Virus record (IMG/VR): IMGVR_UViG_3300014501_000025
Coordinates: 1-52,300 of that record
Source: a virus
Taxonomy: Duplodnaviria; Caudoviricetes
Length of the DNA: 52,300 nt
Strand: one strand, 5' to 3'
Part shown: positions 45,657-52,300 of the stretch, piece after piece
Numbering within the stretch: the stretch's first letter is position 1
Layout: each line of letters begins with the position of its first letter
The notes under the pieces: generated by a model
What the model was told of the DNA's origin: nothing
Seen by the model: only the letters and a program-made list of their open reading frames with translations
Database searches by the model: none
Translations under genes and position numbers: made by a program

Positions 45657-45904
45657 CCCTGATCCTCTTCTTCATATTCCTGATGCGCATGACGTTCTCA
45701 GTGGTGGTCGTGCTGATCGCCATGGCGCTGATGCTTGCCGCCTGCCTAGTCGGCATGGTGGGTGCGGTCCTCGACGCGGGATCGACCGCGCACGGCGCCG
45801 GATGGAAGGCCACCTCCCGGTCGCTGATGAGCGCCGCGGGCCGAGTCGCGAAAACGGCGGACAACCATCGCCGGTGGGTGCTGCCGAACAAGCCGGCGGC
45901 ATGA
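45653..45904 (+). CDS. small membrane protein
   Basis: Long hydrophobic N-terminus; ATGA coupling. Confidence 0.6.
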   Translation: MTLILFFIFLMRMTFSVVVVLIAMALMLAACLVGMVGAVLDAGSTAHGAGWKATSRSLMSAAGRVAKTADNHRRWVLPNKPAA

Positions 45905-46098
45905 CCATCACCAGCGAACAGCTCAAGAAGGCCGAGGCCGCCCACCGGGCGGCCTTCCGGCGTTCCGAGCAGAAACGCGAGGCGCGCAACGAGCTCGTGC
46001 GCCAGGCACTCGCGCAAGGCTGGAAGCCGGCGCACATCGCGCGGGAGATGGGCATCACGCGCGCCCGCGTCGGTCAGATCGCGAAGGAGAACCCCTAG
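45901..46098 (+). CDS. small HTH DNA-binding protein
   Basis: RNELVRQALAQGW.PAHIAREMGITRARVGQI. Confidence 0.75.
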   Translation: MTITSEQLKKAEAAHRAAFRRSEQKREARNELVRQALAQGWKPAHIAREMGITRARVGQIAKENP

Positions 46099-46718
46099 CC
46101 CGTGCTGGCGACCAGGCGCAGATGCTTCGCAGCGACGAGCATCGCGGTCTGCTGACGCGCCGCATCAAGCTTGAGATCGGGGTCGCCGAAGATCGCGCGT
46201 AGCAGCGTCGCGACCGTCTGAGCGGTCTGCTCCGCCAGGCCAAGGCGGCGCGCTTCGACACCGGCACGCGCGGCGTACGCAGCGACCGTGTTCAGGTGCT
46301 TGCGCTCCTCGACCCACATCACCCACAGCACGTGCGGTTTCGCGTCACCGGTCGTCTCGCCACTCGCGTGGCGGGTCTGGACGTACAGGCCACCCGGCTC
46401 GAGCTTGAGCTCGTTCACCATGTGACCAAGCACGTGCACCGCGCATCGGGTGCGCCACAGCTCTTCCGCGAGCACGTCACGCGGGTCGACCTCGCCGAGC
46501 TCGTCCCCGTCCACGAGCGCGAGCTTCCCGATCGCCTGACGCGCGATCTCCTTCTGGGCCGCCTGTTTGTGGCTCTCGGTGTTGCCGCCGTGCCGATAGC
46601 AGCAACCCGCGCCGCGGTGGTCCGTCCGCATCCCCGCGACGTTCTGACACGTGACGCCGGGTGGCTTGTTGGGGAGTTGCGCGCCGCACAACGTCTTGCC
46701 GGGGCCAGATTTGGGCAC
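46095..46718 (-). CDS. putative terminase small subunit (HGG motif)
   Basis: CGA...C...AG..TDH.G.G.C..HGG.T; upstream of TerL. Confidence 0.65.
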   Translation of the reverse strand: MPKSGPGKTLCGAQLPNKPPGVTCQNVAGMRTDHRGAGCCYRHGGNTESHKQAAQKEIARQAIGKLALVDGDELGEVDPRDVLAEELWRTRCAVHVLGHMVNELKLEPGGLYVQTRHASGETTGDAKPHVLWVMWVEERKHLNTVAAYAARAGVEARRLGLAEQTAQTVATLLRAIFGDPDLKLDAARQQTAMLVAAKHLRLVASTG

Positions 46719-46731
46719 GTCTAGTCGCCTT

Positions 46732-47295
46732 TCATCGGATCCGGTTGGCTTGGACTTCGGCGACGAGTCGTTCCACCAAGTCGCGGCGCGGTCGACGGCG
46801 GCGCGGCACGCCAGCCTGGTCAAGCAATGGGCCGAATGCTTGGGTCATCGCGGCGCGTGCGGCGATGATCTCGTCGTCGTCGCGGGCGTAGAGGAGATCA
46901 TCGAACGCGTGGAGGTACGCGCGCTCGGTTGCGGCGAGTCCACGCTTCTGGTCCTGGCGGACGGCGTGCGCGAGGCGATGGAGCGCGGAGCTGACGGCCC
47001 TGAGGTCGCCGGCAGTGGCTGGCGGCTCGTCGACTGAGGTGTCGTCGACGGTGGCCCAGCCCTCTTTGAGGCAGCGGATGACGGCCTGTAGCGATCCGGT
47101 GACGCCGAGTCGGCCGTACGCGCTATGGAGCTGGTGGCGCACGGTGCTGTGGCTGCGGCCCGTTGCCTGCGCGATCTGCTGGTAGGTCATTCCCCCGGCC
47201 AGCCCGCGGATGGCGGATAGCTCGTGCGGGGTGAGGGGGCAGGCGTCGGGGACGCGGTCGCGCATCGTCCGGGCGGCGCGCAGGGTTGCGGTCAT
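46732..47295 (-). CDS. LuxR-type HTH transcriptional regulator
   Basis: LTPHE...L..GMTYQQIA...GRS.STVRHQL...Y.RLGV. Confidence 0.85.
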   Translation of the reverse strand: MTATLRAARTMRDRVPDACPLTPHELSAIRGLAGGMTYQQIAQATGRSHSTVRHQLHSAYGRLGVTGSLQAVIRCLKEGWATVDDTSVDEPPATAGDLRAVSSALHRLAHAVRQDQKRGLAATERAYLHAFDDLLYARDDDEIIAARAAMTQAFGPLLDQAGVPRRRRPRRDLVERLVAEVQANRIR

Positions 47296-47503
47296 TATCT
47301 TGGCCTGCGGCTGGCGTCACGGGCGCGGTCGGCCCAGGTCTGGTTGATCGTCCGTTCGGGGTGTAGCCCGCAGCGGAAGCAGGTGTCCTGCCCGCGGATC
47401 AGGAACGCACGCGGGATGCACCGGCAGGGCTTGGCGCGGACGGGCATGCCGGGGGGAGGCATGAGCTCGCGACGGTGCGGTAGCCGGGTCGGGAAGGTCA
47501 AGC

Positions 47504-47875
47504 TCACGCTGTCCTCCTGACCCTCAGCTGGTCCACTAGCAGGTTCCAAGCGCTCGCCGCGCTGATCGCGGCGTCAAGCTGGGCGTTCGTGTCCCCGGCG
47601 AGCGTGGCTTCGTGGTAGGCGACGGTTCGTACGGAGATCAGCGTTTCGGTCAGGGCGCGGCGCTCTGGCGGGAGAAGGCTGTCGAGGCGCACGCCTCGGC
47701 GCCGGCCTGGTGACTGAGCGGCAAGGCCGAGCGCAGCGATGCGGCTGCGGACGGTGGCGCGGCTACAGCCGACCTCCAGGGCGATCCACATCTCCCCGTG
47801 CTGCTGGAGCGTGCGAGCCATCCACGCTGGGTCTGCCAGCCGTGGATCTCGCGCACCGAGTCGAGTGGTGCTCAT
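47504..47875 (-). CDS. HTH-containing protein
   Basis: IALEVGCSRATVRSRIAALGL. Confidence 0.6.
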   Translation of the reverse strand: MSTTRLGARDPRLADPAWMARTLQQHGEMWIALEVGCSRATVRSRIAALGLAAQSPGRRRGVRLDSLLPPERRALTETLISVRTVAYHEATLAGDTNAQLDAAISAASAWNLLVDQLRVRRTA

Positions 47876-48126
47876 GCCCCGCCTTGCGACCGCGGGCGCA
47901 GTACGGCCAACTGGGAAGGTATCACGCCGGACAAACGGTCTACCTCAGCTGTCCTTCTCGTGGCCGTGTGTGTCGAGTCGACAGAGCGGCGGAACAGCGC
48001 TGCGTTTCGCATCTGATGGCTTCGGCGGCGGCTTGGTCGGGCGTGGGCCTGACGGGTGCGGCGAGAAGCCGCCACGCTTCTCGATCGCTTGCGGCCACGC
48101 TGGCTCAGCCAGCCTACGACGACGCC

Positions 48127-48774
48127 TCACGTGTCCGTCTTCTCGTGGCCGTGGGCGTCCAGGCCCGCGAGCGCCCGGGCGCGGCCGACGGTGCGCGGCG
48201 AACCGGCGATATCACTGCCGAGCTTATCGACGACGGCCTGGTTGCTCAGCCCACGATTGGAGACGTGGCAGATCAGCCGGTCCTTCTCGATGCCGAGCAT
48301 CTGACCGGTACTCGCGACGGTGCCGAGGCCTTCCGCTTCGTCAAGCAGATCGTGGACCCGCTCGAGGCGCGACCTGATCACAGCCCAGTGCTCACGCCAT
48401 CGCGGATCGTCGTCGAGCAGCTGCTGGGTTGGCGGGCCGGCTGGGTCGCTGCCGCCGCGGCCGCGTTCGGTGCTGCCCGCCGACACGGTGCTGATCGTGA
48501 CCTCACGCTCGAGGGCTTCGCGGTGGAGATTGAGCAGATCGGCGCTCGAGCGGTGCTGCCGCCGCTCGGCCGACAGTTCGCGTTGAACGCCGGCGAACTT
48601 CTCTTCGCGCTTACGGGCCCGGCGTTCTTCCCAATCAAGCGGGACGCGCTCGACCTCGCGCTCGGGGTCCAGCCCGGCCGGCGACCGGCCCGGTTTGCAG
48701 ATGCTGTCGTGGTCGGCTGGCTTGCCGCACTGGCAGAGCCGCACATGGCGGATCTTGAGGTCGTCGTCGGTCAA
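48127..48774 (-). CDS. hypothetical protein with possible C-terminal HTH
   Basis: CQCGKP..H N-terminus; GLSNQAV...SPRTVGRAR. Confidence 0.55.
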   Translation of the reverse strand: MTDDDLKIRHVRLCQCGKPADHDSICKPGRSPAGLDPEREVERVPLDWEERRARKREEKFAGVQRELSAERRQHRSSADLLNLHREALEREVTISTVSAGSTERGRGGSDPAGPPTQQLLDDDPRWREHWAVIRSRLERVHDLLDEAEGLGTVASTGQMLGIEKDRLICHVSNRGLSNQAVVDKLGSDIAGSPRTVGRARALAGLDAHGHEKTDT

Positions 48775-49190
48775 TCGGCCCGGTCCTCCCGCAGCACGAA
48801 TCCGATCCCCTGGACCGTGTGGAGCACTGCGGGCTCGCCGAGTTTGCGTCGGAGCCCCCCCATCAGGACGCCGAGGGCATTCGATGTGGATTGCAGGTCG
48901 TAGCCCCAGACCGCCTCGTAGATCTGGCCGCGAGAGAGGACCTGCCGTGGATGGTCCATAAACACCGCCAGTAGATCGAACTCAAGACGCGTCAGACGGA
49001 CCGGCTTCCCGGCACGCTGCACGAGCCGCGCGACCGGGTCGATCGCGATGTCACCGAAGGTGCGCGCCGGGAGTCCGTGACTGACGAGCGGTGCGAGCAG
49101 TTCGACCACAACAGAGACCGCGTCGGGTGACTCGAACCCCTGGCAGGCCTCGTAGGCCTTGTCCACCGCGTACTGCAGTCGGTCGATCAC
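48771..49190 (-). CDS. OmpR/PhoB-type winged-helix protein lacking a receiver domain (MprA-like effector)
   Basis: LTRLEFDLL..FM.HPRQVLSR.QI.E.VWGYD...SNAL.V....LRRKLGEP..LHTV.GIGFVLRE. Confidence 0.88.
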   Translation of the reverse strand: MIDRLQYAVDKAYEACQGFESPDAVSVVVELLAPLVSHGLPARTFGDIAIDPVARLVQRAGKPVRLTRLEFDLLAVFMDHPRQVLSRGQIYEAVWGYDLQSTSNALGVLMGGLRRKLGEPAVLHTVQGIGFVLREDRAD

Positions 49191-49194
49191 GACG

Positions 49195-49371
49195 CTACGC
49201 TGCCCGCTTCAACCCGCCGCGGACCGACTGCACCTCGCGGACCATCGCCGGCAAGATCGCCTCGATATGCCGCAGCCCATTCTCCAACTGGGCGAGACGC
49301 TGATCGAGATCGAAAGACGACTCCGCGACAGGAGCACCAGCAAGATCGGCTATGTGCGAAAGGTCGGCCAT
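49195..49371 (-). CDS. small coiled-coil protein
   Basis: GGAGAG RBS; MADLSHIADL... Confidence 0.5.
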   Translation of the reverse strand: MADLSHIADLAGAPVAESSFDLDQRLAQLENGLRHIEAILPAMVREVQSVRGGLKRAA

Positions 49372-49444
49372 GGCGGGTGGTCTCTCTCCCAGGTCGCAAC
49401 CGAAAGGTTGCACGCCACCCAGAGGATAGTGGTCGGTCGGACGA

Positions 49445-49858
49445 TCACGTCAGAAAGACGCCGCGGAGGGGTTCCCAGCTGGTCTCCAGCGAGCAGAGCT
49501 GCTCGTCGGTGAGTTGATCCACCTCCGTCAGAATGCATTGCGAGAACCATTCACCGTGGCGACGAGAAGTCGAGAAGCGGCGATGAAGACTGCGCTCGAC
49601 CGGCAGCGGCCAGTCGCAGGGCACGAACCGGTGTAGATCAAGCGGAACCGGCGAGCTTCCCCGCAGGCTCACCAAGCGCGATTCCAAGCCAGCGGTCCAG
49701 CTCGGCTTGACGATCCCGATCTTCACGAGGTCTGCGCCAGTGACAAAGTAGACGCCACCTCGCGACTGCACGCGCGGTGTCCGGCCCATCTCGTGCTCGC
49801 GGGCGCTGCGCCGAGCGATCTCGTCCGTCGCCCGCTGAGTGCGGGGCTTAGCCCTCAT
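49445..49858 (-). CDS. GIY-YIG family protein (T5orf172/MUG113-like)
   Basis: VYFV....VKIG...RL..L...SP..L...E..LH..F...R.HGEWF. Confidence 0.85.
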   Translation of the reverse strand: MRAKPRTQRATDEIARRSAREHEMGRTPRVQSRGGVYFVTGADLVKIGIVKPSWTAGLESRLVSLRGSSPVPLDLHRFVPCDWPLPVERSLHRRFSTSRRHGEWFSQCILTEVDQLTDEQLCSLETSWEPLRGVFLT

Positions 49859-49870
49859 GCGTCGTCGCCG

Positions 49871-50199
49871 TCAGCTAGCACGACGCGCCCTGACTCTCTC
49901 GCGCAGCACCGCAGCATTGACGTGCGTGTAGATCTCGGTCGTGCGGACATCCGAGTGCTCCGTCACACCTACGCGACCCAGCCTTCTGCGCTGACCGGCT
50001 GACCCATCTCCCAGACGTACTGGCGCCACACCATGCGCCCGGTCAGGGTGCAGAACAGCAGCGGCGTGTGGGTCTTGCGCGCGTAGGTGCGACGCACGTC
50101 GCGCCAGCGGCCGATCCACTGCAGCGTTTCGGGTTCGAGGTCGAGCACCGCGACGGTCTTGCGGCCGGCGTCGGTGCCCGCGAGCCTGTGACCGCCCTT
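49871..50199 (-). pseudogene. tyrosine recombinase relic (truncated, frameshifted, internally inverted)
   Basis: - strand KGG...LFCTLTG...YVWEM / SRSAQKAG and HSDVRTTEIYTH; box II VLRHTYATQ is on the + strand at 49955-49981. Confidence 0.8.
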
Positions 50200-50355
50200 C
50201 TACGGGGGTTCGCGGACAGTGTCATGTGTATTGCTAGACCCTCGGTACGGAGTGTCTAGCGATACGGGGGGAGGGTGAGGGAAGAGGCAGAATGACTGTA
50301 GAACTGTCTAGCGTATTCACTACTCATCCCGGCACCCCGAGCACCAGCAGCGGGC

Positions 50356-50862
50356 TCACGGCAGCGCCCGGTAGCGAACATCGGCGACCCCGTCGAAGCC
50401 GATCGCTCCGGCCGTGGCCTGCGCCAGATCGAACGAGCGGCCCGGGACATATGGGCCGTGGTCGTCCGCTGTCGCCACGACGCACCGCGCGTAGCAGAAC
50501 TCGACGCGGGCGCCGAACGGGAGGCAAGGTCCGCCGCCGGTGCCGCACGTGGCGAATCCGTCCGCGGCATGCCAGCCTGACGCCGTAGTCCCTGCGTCTG
50601 AATACCAGCTGACGACCGCTGTGAGGAACGGATGCGTCCGGTCCCATGCCTGCCCACGCAAGTACCGCATTCGCCACAGGATCGCTACCGATCTTGCCGG
50701 AGGGCCGTGGGCTTGGCAGCGTTCCAGCGTCCACATCCTGGGTTTGAACCTCGCCGGGATACGACCATCGACGGCGTGCTCGCGGGTCCACCGCTCGTAG
50801 CCGCCGACCGTGGAGCGGATGGCGCACGGGCGATGCGCCGGGATGGCAGCGAGGGCGATCAT
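50356..50862 (-). CDS. RlpA-like double-psi beta-barrel (lytic transglycosylase-like)
   Basis: SWY...TASG...LPFG.RV...DDHGPY..GR.FDL...A.AIG. Confidence 0.8.
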   Translation of the reverse strand: MIALAAIPAHRPCAIRSTVGGYERWTREHAVDGRIPARFKPRMWTLERCQAHGPPARSVAILWRMRYLRGQAWDRTHPFLTAVVSWYSDAGTTASGWHAADGFATCGTGGGPCLPFGARVEFCYARCVVATADDHGPYVPGRSFDLAQATAGAIGFDGVADVRYRALP

Positions 50863-51119
50863 GCGTCGTCGTCGTCCTCATCGTCGTCGGGTCGCAGCGT
50901 GAAGCGCCGAATCCATTCGAGCAGGCCCAGTGCGTTCCACGTCGTGCGACCGGCGGGCCCGTGAAGATGACCTGCCGTCGGCTGGCCGTCCGCCATGACG
51001 GTCTCATATGCCAAGACCCAGCCAGTGAGTAGCTGTTCGTCGCTGACGATCCCGGTCTCGCGCAACGCGGCATCGACAACCTCGTGAATATGCGCCTGCT
51101 GCTCGCGGTCGCTCAGCAT
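50859..51119 (-). CDS. hypothetical protein
   Basis: MLSDREQQ...LLTGWVL...ALGLLE; coupled. Confidence 0.6.
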   Translation of the reverse strand: MLSDREQQAHIHEVVDAALRETGIVSDEQLLTGWVLAYETVMADGQPTAGHLHGPAGRTTWNALGLLEWIRRFTLRPDDDEDDDDA

Positions 51120-51196
51120 CGGCCGCCGCCGATCGTGAACCGGGTGGCGCACGGACGGGCATGGTGGGCCTGGGCTGTGAACGCGACCATCATCAT
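51113..51196 (-). CDS. 27-aa peptide or gene-start remnant
   Basis: MMMVAFTAQAHHARPCATRFTIGGGRC, coupled on both sides. Confidence 0.4.
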   Translation of the reverse strand: MMMVAFTAQAHHARPCATRFTIGGGRC

Positions 51197-51509
51197 TGCT
51201 CGCCTCCGTCGAAGACGTGGAAGACCAGTAGGCCGCCACCCTTGTCCAGCTTGAACGTGCCGACGTACTCAGATTCCTCGGCCGCTGGCGGCAACGGGAC
51301 ACCTGTTGGCTGAGCGAAGACCTTCCGCGACACCTTCGGCGCGGCGGCGTCGACGAGTGCCCAGACGTACGCTGTGCCTTCGGGTGCGCCGACGTGCAGC
51401 AGTTCGGCGCCCTGCTCGATGTCAATGAAGATCGACCAGGAGCGCAGCTCGTACTTGTAGACAACGAGGCCGCACGGACGGGCATGGTGGGTCTGGGCTG
51501 TGAACGCGA
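51148..51509. repeat. 39-bp direct repeat pair (51148-51186 and 51471-51509, 1 mismatch)
   Basis: CGCACGGACGGGCATGGTGGG(C/T)CTGGGCTGTGAACGCGA. Confidence 0.92.
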
Positions 51510-51513
51510 TCAC
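51193..51513 (-). CDS. DUF7352-like phage protein
   Basis: VYKYEL...GA.LLHV...VWALVD...TG...YVGT....LVFHVF. Confidence 0.6.
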   Translation of the reverse strand: MIAFTAQTHHARPCGLVVYKYELRSWSIFIDIEQGAELLHVGAPEGTAYVWALVDAAAPKVSRKVFAQPTGVPLPPAAEESEYVGTFKLDKGGGLLVFHVFDGGEQ

Positions 51514-52040
51514 GCAAGCTCCAGCTGTCCGGGGATCGCGGACAAGCGGTCGACGGAGATGGTTGGACGCGGCGCTAGGGCGGGTGACCACGCTGCTGCC
51601 CGGATCTCCCAGCGGATGCGATCGCTCAACTCGTACTTCGCGGCGTCACGCGGGCGGCTCTTGCAGTACCACTCGCGGCCCTTCGTCCAGCCCTCAGCAG
51701 CCCAGCCGGCGGCACGAACACTGGCGCCCGACTCGCTGTCCTTCGTGTAGGTGATGCCGCGCAAGTAGCCGAAGTCCTTGATGAGCCGCCAGCACGCGCC
51801 GTAGAGGAACGAGCAGGCGTTGGGATGGCCGATCGTGCAGACGCGCGTGACCTCGAGCGTCCATCCGTCGACGTTGCCGCGCGCCTTCGGGTGCTCCACG
51901 ATCGCCACGCCGACGAATTCGTCATCGGCCAGAGCACCGAGAGAGAACTTGTGCTGCAACACGGGCTCGCTGTGCCGATGATGACGCTCGACGTAGGCGT
52001 TCGCCTCATCCTTGTCGATCTGGACGACCGAAAGGCTCAT
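51510..52040 (-). CDS. XF1762-family (Mom-like GNAT) protein, putative DNA modification
   Basis: EANAYV..HHRH..P...KFSLG...VGVAIV..P.AR..DG.TLEVTR.C..G..NACSFLYGA.WR...GY...ITYT...ESGAS.RAAGW. Confidence 0.8.
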   Translation of the reverse strand: MSLSVVQIDKDEANAYVERHHRHSEPVLQHKFSLGALADDEFVGVAIVEHPKARGNVDGWTLEVTRVCTIGHPNACSFLYGACWRLIKDFGYLRGITYTKDSESGASVRAAGWAAEGWTKGREWYCKSRPRDAAKYELSDRIRWEIRAAAWSPALAPRPTISVDRLSAIPGQLELA

Positions 52041-52162
52041 CGCGAGCACCCGTGCCCGATGACGTAGCCCTGAACGAGCCAGCCAAGCAGGACGATCGCT
52101 CCGACCGCGCCGACACTCCCGGCGACCGACCACGCCAGCACCTTGAGCCGCCATCTATCCAT
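52037..52162 (-). CDS. small membrane protein
   Basis: MDRWRLKVLAWSVAGSVGAVGAIVLLGWLVQG; ATGA coupling. Confidence 0.45.
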   Translation of the reverse strand: MDRWRLKVLAWSVAGSVGAVGAIVLLGWLVQGYVIGHGCSR

Positions 52163-52273
52163 CAGGATTCCGTTCCTCGATGCGACCACCGATGCGACCA
52201 CGAGCCTGCAGCGGTGTGCATCGGCTCGCTGCAATCATGTCGTCCGGGAGTCAGTTCACGGCGGGAACAAAGC

Positions 52274-52300
52274 GCGGGTTCAATTCCCGCCGTCTCCACT
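52274..52300 (+). other. tmRNA/tRNA-like 3' end fragment (T-arm + acceptor 3' strand), candidate att core
   Basis: GCGGG-TTCAATT-CCCGC followed by CGTCTCCA; no intact 5' part upstream. Confidence 0.55.

Noticed and set aside
47710-48903. 397-aa + strand ORF and similar long shadows (11058-12161, 27914-28837, 43227-44087)
   Set aside because: Fully overlap well-supported - strand genes; expected from GC3 bias
52178-52201. 12-bp tandem duplication CGATGCGACCAC x2
   Set aside because: Only two copies; consistent with simple slippage
1-52300. CRISPR array, DGR or retron
   Set aside because: No regularly spaced repeat array, reverse transcriptase or TR/VR pair seen
52246-52300. Complete tRNA gene
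   Set aside because: No convincing D-arm, anticodon arm or matching 5' acceptor strand

Overview
High-GC (roughly 70% by eye) temperate siphovirus-like phage or prophage segment. The host is probably an actinobacterium (inferred from GC content, LAGC lipoboxes and an MprA-like domain). Almost all genes lie on the - strand. Read right to left: a tmRNA-like 3' fragment (possible att core); XF1762/Mom-like DNA modifier; RlpA-like protein; scrambled tyrosine-recombinase relic; GIY-YIG; receiver-less OmpR/MprA-type wHTH; LuxR HTH; TerS-like gene; an antisense DUF3560 mini-operon with its own promoter/operator; TerL; many small membrane ORFs; portal; MuF-like; protease/scaffold; decoration protein; major capsid; a glyco-module (YadA-repeat fibre, secreted GH26, four GT-A glycosyltransferases, SAM methyltransferase) inside the head-neck genes; neck genes; tail tube; frameshifted tail chaperones; a 2059-aa tape measure carrying an HTH, a peptidase-like insert and an SLT domain; minor tail proteins; a multi-enzyme lysis region; an HNH followed by a multi-hairpin RNA; a lipoprotein; and an XRE-like repressor. 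No intact integrase or replication module is in the window. Best novelty candidates: the virion glycosylation/methylation plus GH26 module, the DNA-binding HTH inside the tape measure, and the UUCG-rich structured RNA. All family assignments come from motif recognition by eye; no searches were run.
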